Source of the DNA: Eledone cirrhosa
Lineage: Eukaryota
Reading direction: 5' to 3'
Length of the DNA: 64,000 nt
NCBI GenBank assembly: GCA_964016885.1
Contig: OZ024742.1
Location: 68,944,001 to 69,008,000 of the forward strand
How positions within the stretch are numbered: position 1 is the stretch's first letter; every line of letters starts with the position of its first letter. The position numbers and the translations under genes were made by a program. Below the pieces are notes generated by a model. That model did not search any database, was not told the origin of the DNA, and saw nothing but the letters and a program-made list of their open reading frames with translations. Shown in pieces: positions 29,886 through 41,364 of this stretch.

Positions 29886-31180
29886 TAAGAAGGAATATGA
29901 CGTCACTTTCAGTTTATATTTGGAGTCTAAAAGACAACCACATCCAATATAAGTTACACTGGGAGATCCTAGCTAGGGCTAGATCGTATAACGGAAATAA
30001 AAGACCTTGTGACCTCTGCGCCGCTGAGGCCCTGGAAATACTCTACGCCACAGACCACATCTTAAACAAAAAATCTGAGGCAATTTCGGCTTGTAAACAT
30101 AAATTGCACAAAACTTTCCTGTATTACAGCCCCACGTTATACCCTAATGGATAGTACGATCTATACGTGGATATTTTACGTCTTGATGTGGGAGCTAAGT
30201 ATATGTTTTGTTTATACCATTACTTATTTGCATAGGTAAGTATATATTACCCGTATGTTTCGTGAAGGTACGTATACCTTCTCGCACGTATATTTGATTG
30301 TTTATGTTATGGCGTATAAACTTTTTTTATTTTTTTTATTCTGGTACATATGGTTTGGCTATGTGTATACGGGAGTTTTGCGTCTGTGTGAGTATGCAGG
30401 TTCGTACGTATGTAGGGTGTGTGTATATGTGTACTTCATGTTTTGGTTGACTTACGTCTCCGAACATTCGTGTATTTACATGTAGGTCTGTGTGTGCGCT
30501 TGGTATTTACGTATTTATTTATTTATATACGTTTATATAATTATTTGTTTATTTATTTGTATACACGCATACACACACACACATATTTATATGTGCGTGG
30601 TTTTGTATACCTATGGTAAGTGTTTTGCGTATGCTTGTGTATGTACGTATTTGTTTGCGTGTATGTATTTATTTATTTCTATTACTTCTGTATTGTATTT
30701 ATTTACTTTGTTCTTAACTCTGTAGCAGAGATTCATTCGGTCTCCTAGTTAGAATTTTAGTCTACGACTTCTGCTATACCATTTACGTGGTTTTGTCTTT
30801 GCGTGCTATTGTTCTCCACGCTCCACATATGACGTATTATCTTCGTTTTTTTCGTTCATTGCCAGAGAACGTCTATATGAACCACCTAAGAGAACATTAG
30901 TCTACGACCTCTTTTATACCATAAACGTGGTTCTGTCTTTGCGCGTAATTGTTTTTCACCGCTCCTATTAATGACGTATCTTATTCGTTTTTTTCCGTTC
31001 TTTGCCAGCGAACGTTTCCACGAACCAAAGTATCGTCTTCCTATCTTCCTCCGGTTGCAACGTTTTTTGAAATATCCAGTTCTGCGTTTACAGATTGACT
31101 TTGTTAGTTTCAGAAGATCCCGTTAAGGGTGAAAGCAGCGATTCTTTGCTTAAACTTTAATCTGTTATTTTAATAAATAT
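29886..31180 (+). mobile_element. Penelope-like element family A, 5'-truncated copy in (TA)n
   Basis: Almost identical to 1-1270, including the GIY-YIG C-terminus and HHR; flanked by TA microsatellites. Confidence 0.8.
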
Positions 31181-31859
31181 ATATATACATATACATATAA
31201 TTGGTGCAGGATGCTTAAAGCGTCAGTATGCGGTAGGCCGTTTGAGCACTCGATGCTTTTACAGAGCAGAGTATAATATCACATAAGAAACGGAGAATCA
31301 GTGGTGCAACGAATAACATTTATTAGACATATTACAATCGTTTCTCTGGCGACCAGCTCGAGGCACGATTGATGCAATGATCGAACCTGACTCTGAAATC
31401 GCAAGGTCCTCAGATACGTCTCGATTCTTCGAAGCAGAATTTCCAAATGTCCAGTTACGTAACTGGACATTTGGAAACTCTGCTTCAGTACTGAATATTC
31501 ATGGAGAGTCCGTGGCTGTAGAGTTTAGAAAGGACAAATCTGTATGACATTACAATCTTCAAGTAAAACTAATATGCCTTTTATCGTTTTATCTACTATT
31601 TATTTCGTGGGATTTTTGTCAAAGGTTTGTGGATATATATATGTATGAGATGCTCATACAGATACTTATATTTCCCACAAAATTACCATGCATAAATACA
31701 GTTCTTAAATAAAGTAATATGGCTTTAGTACTGGACAGCATATTACACTAGATATGATTTCAATTCTTTCTAATTTTTGATGTGTGCAAATAGTAAGGGA
31801 CATTACTCGAGTAATCAAATACTCGTAGATTTTCACGAGAATAGAGTAGACATTTAGCA

Positions 31860-32825
31860 ATACTATTAAGGTTAAAGTTAGTGTTATGATAAATGTTATG
31901 TATAGGGTTATGGATTAATGTAAGGGTTTGTGTTAGTCTCAGTTTTAGAGTTTATGTTAGGATTTTATTTGCGGATATGTTTAAGATAAGAATTCAGGTT
32001 AAGTCTAGGAGTTGGGATTAAGTTGAATGTTTAACATTAGGTTTAGTGTTGTAGTTATTGTTAGGGATAGTGTTAGGTTTATCTATAAGGTTTGTGTTAG
32101 TTTTAGGCTTAGAGTTAGGGATTAGTTTTAAGTTTAATTTCATGGTTAGGGTCACGGTTACGTTTAGGTTAGATTTAAGGTTAGGTTTAGTGTAAGGTTT
32201 TAGGTAAGTGTTAGTTTTAGGATTAGGCTTAAGTTTGGGTGAAGGTTGGGGTTAGGTTTATGTTACTTTTAAGTTTAGGATTGGGGTTACACTTAAGTTT
32301 AGGTTTAAGATTAGGGTTAGAGCTGGGTGTTATGTTAAGTGTTAGCTTTAGGAGTAGGGTTAGTTTTATGGCTATGTTTATGGTTAAGCTTAGGGTTAGG
32401 TTCAGAGTTAAGTTTTGGGTTACTGTTAATAGTTAAAGATTAGGATTAGGTTTAAAGTTAGTGGTAATGTTACGTTTAAAGTATCGGCAAAATCATTTGG
32501 AGGTTGGCCGTTGGTAAAACAACAGGTCATGTAAGAAAAAGAAGAAGAAGAAGAAGAAGAAGAAGAAGAAGAAGAAGAAGAAGAAGAAGAAGAAGAAGAA
32601 GAAGAAGAAGAAGAAGAACAACAACAACAACAATAATAATAATAATAATAATAATAATTGTTTCTACTCATGTTAGTGTTAGTTTTATGGTGAGCTGTTG
32701 GTGTTATTGTTGGGGCTTAATTTTAGGATCAGTGTTAATATGATTAGGGTTAAGGCAACTTTAGGATTATTGTGAGGATTAGGTTCAGGTTTAGGCTTAG
32801 GATTATGGCTAGGGTTATGTGTCAT
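31860..32825 (+). repeat. Degenerate TTAGGG-like hexamer satellite
   Basis: Persistent 6-nt periodicity of GGTTAG/GGTTTA/AGTTAG variants with strong G/T strand skew. Confidence 0.7.
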
Positions 32826-33478
32826 TATATGTGGCATTAATCCGTTCTGTTGAATGAAACACTTATTGAGATGTAATTGAAGGCACAATAAAGTTGTTTG
32901 ATGTGGTCTGTAGCCTTGTTATGACAAAATCGGTGGTTTGTAACCATTACCAAATAGGTAAACTGCATCTACTGTAAATAGGATATGCACGTAAATGGCA
33001 ACATACCCTTTCTTCTCTCAACGTGATCTGCACGAATGGCGGGAAAATTCCTCACTCTCACTTCAGTTTCCAAATGGGAGTTGTCAAGGACGTCTCAGTT
33101 AGGATGACGAAAGCTATGTGGTGCGTGTGACCGGCAACTGAATTCTCAATAAATCGAATCATACATTTTTGTGCATTCATAGATGGGATAATGTCTTGTG
33201 CATTGAGCAAAATTATCGAAGCAAGAATAGGGGCTTGGTTACATTGTTTCGGGGGACATTGAATTATTCTTATAATTTAGATGGCAGCAATGAGGGAGTT
33301 TGTGTGCAGAGGTAAGGACCTTGAGAGGCGGAAGCAGCTACTGTCAACAGATTTCCGTCTCTAAGAGTCTTTACCTGATATTTTTAAGGTATTTTATTTG
33401 CAACTGCCTGTAGTTTCAGGTATTTTCTGCGACTGAGCTTCTTACATCATCTTATAAATAAAGTTCGAAAATTATATA

Positions 33479-33524
<46 letters not shown>

Positions 33525-33654
33525 AAACAAAATTAAGATAAATTGAATTAAATTAAATTAAATCAAATTAAATTAAGGGTGTCATGTCAGATAGACATGC
33601 GCCATATCACCCGTAAAATATGCTCCAAGATTCTAATGAGTAGATCCGAGCATT

Positions 33655-34288
33655 TTATATCAACTAGAAATTGATTGAGATATAATTAAACATATGAAAC
33701 AATCACAGGGGATAATTTGTAAAAGTGTGTAAGCCCACATAGCTAGGTAGGTAGCTAAATAAAGTTTAACTAGAACTTCAAAAATAGATACCTTATAATT
33801 TGATTAATCTTCCTCGTATATATTCCATTAAAGAAATATATTTCAGCAATTAATCGATTGGTAAACGACAGAAGCCAGGTCCTGGATTTTCAACAAGGAA
33901 GAGGTCCAGTGATCTGTGTTTACGCGTCAAGTTCAAATCAGCGACTGGCCAGTAACACGTGCTGTATTTTTAGTTGATACAGCACGTGTTACTGGCCAGT
34001 CGCTGATTTGAACTTGACGCGTAAACACAGATCACTGGACCTCTTCCTTGTTGAAAATCCAGGACCTGGCTACTGTCGTTTACCAATCGATTAATTGGTG
34101 AAATATATTTCTTTAATGGAATATATACGAGGAAGATTAATCAAATTATAAGGTATCTATTTTTGAAGTTCTAGTTAATCTTTATTTAGCTACCTACCTA
34201 GCTATGTGTGCTTACACACTTTTACAAATTATCCCCTGTGATTGTTTCATATGTTTAATTATATGTCAATCAATTTCTAGTTGATATA
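33655..34288. repeat. Inverted repeat (~315-bp arms, ~9-bp loop)
   Basis: Centre CACGTGCTGTAT ttttagttg ATACAGCACGTG; arms nearly identical. Confidence 0.9.
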
Positions 34289-34412
34289 TATATATATAAC
34301 CAAAGATTAGTATGGTTCGTTGGTTACTCAATGAATACAATTTTACAATAGATTAGTATACCAATACTGGAATTGAATAATCAAGACCGTAGCAGTATGT
34401 CATATATCAAAT

Positions 34413-34488
34413 CATATATTTTGTCTGATGAGGGCGTACTGAAAAAGCAAGACAGTACCTTTGAAATATATATATAATAAAGTATATA
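34413..34488 (+). ncRNA. Minimal type I hammerhead ribozyme (relative of 13703 copy)
   Basis: CTGATGA (34425-34431), GGGCGTACTG..CAGTACCTTT, GAAA, TATATATA, TA. Stem II covaries relative to the 13.7 kb copy. Confidence 0.8.
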
Positions 34489-34521
34489 TTATGAGAATAT
34501 TTTTTATTTGTTAATATTTTG

Positions 34522-34587
<66 letters not shown>

Positions 34588-35202
34588 GTTTGTATACGTA
34601 TAATAAAGCCCAAACAATGCAGGTATGGACATAGAATAAAGAATGCAAATGCAAAAGAAATTGTTGACAATTAGTCTTTTACCTTAGATTTATTTAAATG
34701 TTCTTAATTTTCGAGATAATATCTCTTCTTCGAAGAAGAGATATTATCTCGAAAATTAAGGACATTTAAATAAATCTAAGGTAAAAGACTAATTGTCAAC
34801 AATTTCTTTTGCATTTGCATTCTTTATTCTATGTCCATACCTGCATTGTTTGGGCTTTATTATACATATACAAACGTTTATACCTCATTACACAATACTT
34901 CAAGTGAACTATAACTTCCTCCTCATATATATATATATATATAGTTACGCGCAGTCACATTTTTATATTTGAAACGTTGGCTGTAGATTCATTCCAAATA
35001 TTGAAGCTTCAATAAACTTTTTCCTTTTTAAATTTACTGCTTAGGCAAAATCTATGATTCAGTCTGGATTTTATTAAGTTCTTTGGCGAATAATATAATT
35101 TGTTTCCGACTATAGTCCATATTTTAAGGACAAACAATGTTTCCAAATCTATAAAACCGAAATGAAGATATCGGCTTTCGGGTTTGTTTTCATTTTTTGT
35201 TA

Positions 35203-35515
35203 TCAGGTCATTCGTCTTCTCAAACGAAGAAGTAAAAATATTGTTAAACAAATTAGCAAGACACCTAACACGCCAAAGACACTTGATAATACACGGAGAA
35301 AATGTAACTTTTCTTCATATTGCGTTTTACTTAACTGCTGACGAAGTAATTCTTTCTTAATTGCTGGAACAAGTCGTCGCCAAAATTCCATTCGTCTTGG
35401 GTAAAGGTTTCGATCCTGTTCTAAAACAGCACTACTGCTCTCATTGGAGACTTTAATATAGTGCCTGCCTTTTGGTGTGTATGCGATAAATCGTTGTGAA
35501 CCTACCGCAGCTTTG
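35203..35515 (-). CDS. Terminal coding exon of gene A: end of esterase domain, transmembrane helix and short basic cytoplasmic tail
   Basis: Acceptor ttcatatttcag|C completes the phase-2 Gly codon from the 63671 donor. Reads KAAVGSQRFIAYTPKGRHYIKVSNESSSAVLEQDRNLYPRRMEFWRRLVP...VLSSVFGVLGVLLICLTIFLLLRLRRRMT*, with the conserved Y..Y.I and R..FW motifs. AATAAA on the minus strand at 35070-35075. Confidence 0.8.
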
Positions 35516-35717
35516 CTGAAATATGAATGGATAAAGAAAACGTTGAATCAAATTAAGGATCGGCAAAATCATTTGGAGGTTGGCCGTTGGTAAAACAACA
35601 GGTCATGTAAGAAAAAGAAGAAGAAGAAGAAGAAGAAGAAGAAGAAGAAGAAGAAGAAGAAGAAGAAGAAGAACAACAACAACAACAACAACAACAATAA
35701 TAATAATAATAATAATA

Positions 35718-35900
35718 ATTGTTTCTACTTTTGGCACAAGGCCAGCAATTATCCAGTGCATTACTGGTACTTTATTTTATCGACCCCGTAAAGGATGAAA
35801 GGCAAAGTTAACCTCGGCAGGATTTGAACTCAGATCAGAAAGCGGCGTAACTCTGAGCTGCAAAGCCTGTTGTCCGACCCTCTACCGATACTGCCAAACC
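35718..35900 (-). mobile_element. Same SINE family
   Basis: Reverse complement of the 16468 element, with an (ATT)n tail. Confidence 0.8.
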
Positions 35901-35905
35901 AATGA

Positions 35906-38900
35906 TTTCTTTATTGGTCACAAGGGCTGACATCAAGAAAAACATTACAGACGGCACAGGACGGTACAGGACGGTACGATGTGGGTTTTGTGCGTGTAAA
36001 GATTTTTATTATTTATATAAGAAAAGAAAAAAGACATAGAAACATATATATATATATATATATAAACAATAAAAATGAAAATTGAAACAATGAAAAATTC
36101 CCCAATAGAGAGGAAACCTCCGAGGGTTACTCGTGGCAAAAAACCACACAAATGACCACGGCCACCCTGACCACCAGGGCAAACGCCCTCTCTCAATTTT
36201 TCCATTTCTCAAACTACAGGCGTATATTCAGAGCGGTCCCGTTCACTCGGACCATTCTCGCTACATTCACCCACCTTTCATTCACCCACCTAGAAGGCAG
36301 CACTTGCCTCTCCATCCCGATTTTCCTCTTCAAGTGAAACTTGAAAAAGTTAATTAAGGATTCGCCGAAGAGGAAAGTGTCTGTCTTTAACACTTTCAAC
36401 CTTGTCCACCACACAATCTCTTTCGCCATGGCCACCAGGCAGATGAAAACCGCCTGCCTTTCCTCCTCGAAGGAAGACGGCGAAACCATCTGCACAATGG
36501 ACTCAGACGATAACCGGATCAGTCCTACACGCGACAGCAACTGTCCAACATAGCTCCACAAGTCAGCAATGCTCGGGAACTGAACGAGTGCGTGCACGAC
36601 GGTTTCGTCGCTCTGCGCGCATCTCGGACAGGCTCGGCTGACGGCACTTCCGTGCCTGTAGAGCTTATCTCGAACCGGCAACGCTCCCCGGTAGCACTAC
36701 CAGGCCCTGGGCTGAAAGTTCTCCAGAAGAGAGCAAACAGCTGATCTTCGACGCCCAGGAGCTCTCCGAGAACGTCGTCTTGTTCCCCTCCACTAGTCCT
36801 CTATATAACGCCGAGGTGGATGTTCCACCGATACTGGTGCCCAGCTGGCAGAGGGCAGTGAGCGCCTGGAGACATTCCAGTTTCCAAGCGCTATTCCTCT
36901 GTCTTTTCCTGACCCAGGACTGCAGCTCCGTCAAGGAGACTAGCTGTGGGAAAACGTGATTGGCGAACGGCAACCACACCTGTTCACTGTCAAGGAAGCA
37001 CCAGAGATGTCGCAGCCTCAGCGCATGTTTCCGCATCATTAGCCATGGCATGCCGACTCCTCCACACAACGGGTGTTGACAGCAGATGGATCGTCTGACC
37101 ATGGGAGAACGTCCCTTCCACAAAAAGCGGAAGAGGAGGCGCTTCATTTTGGTGAGAGTTGGGCCGGGGCAAGGGACGACGGTCAGGTGGTATCAGATGA
37201 CTGATGCGATGTACGCATTCGCCACCTCCGCCCGGCCTTTCAGGGACAGCTTCCACTCGGCCCATTTCTGGGTGGGGGAGGCCACCTTGCTCGTCACCTC
37301 GCTCTAGGTTTTCTCCATCTGGAGGTACGGTCCGAACCAGATCCCGAGCAATTTAACCGGTCCGTCCGTCCAACGCCCCACGACGCTGTCGGACGGCATG
37401 GACTTGCCTCTCTAGGTGCCGAGCTGCAAGCCCACCGACTTTTCCTGGTTTATCTTTGCTCCGGTCACCGCTTCGTATTATTTGAGAACGGTGCCGAGAA
37501 TCTGGAGGTGTCTGGTGCTCGACACCACCACGGTGACGTCGTCGGCGTAGGCCGACTCGGATTTCCCGCATCCTAGTTCGAGTGGGACGCCCCTCATCGC
37601 CTCCAGTTTGTGCAGTAACGGCTCGAGAGCCAATACATAGAGGGACGAGAGGGGACAACCCTGGTGGACCGAGCGCATGATGCTGAACGGCTGCGACAGG
37701 TGACCGTTCATCCTCACAACTGAGCAGATGTCGCTGTCCATCGCAGCGATCCAACCCCGGAAAACGGCCCGAAACCGGCTGCCTCGAGGACCGCCGGCCG
37801 CCAGATACCGATGGTCGATCCTAGCGAATGCTTCGGATTGATCTAAGTTGATCAGGGCTCCACCCGTGCCAGGTTCCTTAACCACCCTCTCTATGATGTA
37901 TCGCATGAGGTGGAGGTTGTCGTGTATGGATCTGTCCGGAATGGCCCATGTCTGCAACCCTTGACGAGAAGCGCCAACCTCGTTGCTAATACCTTGGCCA
38001 AAATCTTGAACTATGCGTTTAGCAGGGTTATGGGCCTGAAATTATCGATAACATCTCCCTTGTTCGGGTCTTTTCTCAGCAACGCCACCGCTCCCCGGCT
38101 CACAAAACTGGGAATGCTCCCGTTCTGCTGCTAGTTGCAGTAGACGTCTGCCAAGAGGTCACCGAACAAGTGTGGCATAAATGCATAAAGCTCGTAGGGC
38201 AGACCATCGAAATCTGGCGATTTACCCCTCGTGCAGTTAGCCATCGCTTCCCGAATTTCACCGGCTGTTATTGGCTTTTCGCAATACTGTGCTGCGGTCG
38301 TCGAGAGCCGAGGCAGTCCGTCGAGGTATGCACTGAAGTCCATACCCCGATCTGGCCCGCTGCTGCTCCCGAACAGTTCAGCAAAGTGCTGCTGAAAAGC
38401 TTCACACATCTGCTCGGGTTCGAGCAACACGCGCTCGTTTTGATCAGATAAAGACCAAATTGTGGCTTTGTTTCCACGTCGCGCCTCTGCCACCCGGGCC
38501 CATTGGACGGCTTTTGTCCCTTCGTGTTTCAGAGCACGCGCTCTATCTCTGACAACGCAGCCTTCGTGTTATGCGTTGAAGAATTGGTCGAGTGCCAATC
38601 TCGCTGCAAGCACGTCGGTCGCGATGCCTGTCCTAAACGCCTATTCTAGCTTTTTGACTAGCTCTCGCTCTACTCTATTTCCCTCTATCACTAGTCCTTT
38701 GCTAAACCTAATCGACTCTACTTTAATTGCCCTTTTCAGGGCGAACCACCACCTGTTGTTGACGACCGCTCCCGTCAACGCTCGCTTAACTAATACGCTA
38801 ATCCAGTCTCTGTAGGCTTTGCGCGCCGGGAAAGACGCGTTCAGCTTCCAGTAAGTAACCGGGTCCTTGTCTATGAAGTCTGTCTATGTCGATCTCACAG

Positions 38901-41195
38901 ATCACAAATTTGTGGTCTGTGTAGTCAACTATTTTAAATTGTGGACAACTTATACTAGCCTTATCTAGTTCTCTGCAGAATACCCTATCGAGATACGATC
39001 TGGATGACCCGATGCGGTTTGTCCATGTCCACATTGGCACATTCGAGTGATCCAGTCGATACCTGTCAGACAGTTCAAAACGTCTGAGCAAGTTGGTGAG
39101 GCTCTTGCACCCTCCTCCCCTATCCACTAGCCCCACACAATCCCAGCGCGCATCCAAGATACCGTTCCAGTCGCCCACTAACACTAAAGAGCGGGACGTT
39201 CCAAGAAAGGTCTCTAGACGTCTAAAGAAATCTGGCCATCCTGTCCCTGTCGGGGCATAGACGGCTACTAGCCTGAAAGCATTGCCTTCGGTGCCGCTTA
39301 CGTCCAGCACCACCGACTTACCTTCTGGGTCCAGGAAGATGGTCCGTATGGCGAGACCCAAGCCTTTCCGAAACAACACAGCCACTCCGTTTCGGAGATT
39401 CTCGTCTCGCTGATGGCCACCACATCTATGATTAGTGACCTGAGGTCGTTAAGCAAGTGACCTTGCTTCCAAACCGAGCTCAACCCACGAACGTTTACAC
39501 TTCCGATCCTGAATACGGCCATGTTGGGTGAGGAACGGGGCAAGTGAGAAAGGATCACTTACCTTGATCTTCTGGTGAAGGGACCGGTGAATCGTCCCTT
39601 CGGCTGGTCGTCGGCTCTTCTGTGAGTATATCGGAGTATACTCTCCGGTTGAGTGTCCCTCCTAGGTCTCTGAAATCACCAACTGCGTTCGGGAATTTCA
39701 TTTTAATGTTTGTGTATTGTTTCTGTGATATTCTTACCAGTCTTATGTTCGTTGGTGTTTTGATTGGTGCTGGTATTATGTCGTCGTGCTGTGAAGTGTC
39801 TGTGTTCAATTATGTAAGTCATTAGTTTCTTGTGTGTATTTATTGCTGTGCATTTCTTTTTCTGGAGGTGGGGTGTGGTTCTGCTATTTTCTTGTCGTTG
39901 TTGCTGGGTGTGTGTGTTTTGTTGTTGTTTTTGCGTTGTTGAAGGTGTTGTTGTTGTTGGCAGTGGGGTTTGTTGCCCGTGGTGATGGTAGTGCTAGTGT
40001 GGGTGGTGATGGTGTTGGTGGTGTTGCTGCTGTAAGTCTCTTTGCAGTAGCATTTACCCATTTTTCATTTCTTCCCTCACTTTTCGAAGGCGACGATGCG
40101 CTGCTTCTGCGTTTGTGCCTTCTTGCGACCTTTCGTCATCCCTCTCCCACCTCACTCCATGTCCGATTCTGTGAGGTCGGGGAGGGGTACCAGCTCCACT
40201 CTTTCACTTGGTCTCTGTTGCAGCTGCAGTTGGTATTACTGTTGTTGTTGTTAATACTTCCACTGCTGCTGCTGTTCTTGATTTCCGTGGCGTGGGTATG
40301 GGTGCCACGGACCTATCCTTCCTGCTTGCCGCCTGTCCTGTTGCTGGTAGCAGTAGAGCCGATTTCGGAAGGAGGGGGGTTTTCTCCTTTCTCAGGGTCT
40401 TCTGATTGCAGAAGGCCCTGAGGTGAGTCTTCGATCCACAGCGAAAGCATTTCGGGCGTTTGCCCTCAACACTTATGGGATGTTGAGTGCCGTTATCGAA
40501 GTCTATCACATCCGGGATAGCTTCGATGCACTCCTGGTTGGTTTGGATTAACATCTCAATGGAGGTGCCGACCCAATCTGCTCGTACTTTTTTCTGTACT
40601 TGCAGTACGGTTGTTTTGTCCTCGATTCCGACGAGGACAGACGCGGCCAGCCAAGAAGGGGCCATCCCGGGGGGGGGGGGGGGGGGGGGGGGGCGACGAC
40701 TTGACGACTTGGGTTAGTTTGACCCTCACAATTTTTTGCCCGCAGTAGGAGGGCACCAGCACCATCTACTCGCTCCTTAGGGTCACTAAGGATTGAGCCT
40801 TTGCCTCCTGGGGTGTGGCAAAAAGCACGTCCACGGTGGCATATTTCTTACCTCGGGTGATATGCGTTTTCCGCTGCCACACATACCCTAAGGCTTTTTG
40901 TATTTGAGCCCCTGTGGCTCTTTCAACCCTATGTGATTTTGTGCTTACTGTTGGGTTTCAAAAAGTTCTTCGTCTATCTTGCAGATTGCTCGGTGTCCGG
41001 TTTTCGTAACCATCTTCTTTGCTTCCTGTAATTCCTCATTTGTTATAAGGATGGTTTCCTGTTTTTTTGCGATACCTGCAAACGAGATTGGTTGTTGTTG
41101 TTGTTGTTGTTGTTGTCGTCAGAGCTGCTGTTACTTTTTGTTGTTGCTGCTGGTACTACGACCGCCGCCGCCGCTGTTGCTGTTGTTGTTGTTGT

Positions 41196-41226
<31 letters not shown>

Positions 41227-41290
41227 TATGCTGCTGCTGATGTAGTTGCGGCTGTTACTAGTATTTTACTCACAACAAGAACAAGAACAA
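35906..41290 (-). mobile_element. L1/Tx1-clade LINE copy 1 (disrupted)
   Basis: ORF1 with CCHC knuckle CFRCGSKTHLRAFC. ORF2 from ATG 39522 with APE (SVNVRGL, ISET, VYAP, GDWN, SYLDR, TDH), RT (QGCPLS, YADD) and C-terminal CPRC..ETVVH; many stops and frameshifts. Confidence 0.9.
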
Positions 41291-41303
41291 CAACAACAAC
41301 AAC

Positions 41304-41364
<61 letters not shown>

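Noticed and set aside
39834-40421. Hydrophobic plus-strand ORFs (also 45088-45744, 50697-51137)
   Set aside because: Antisense shadows of Thr/Asn/Gln-rich Tx1 ORF1 regions.
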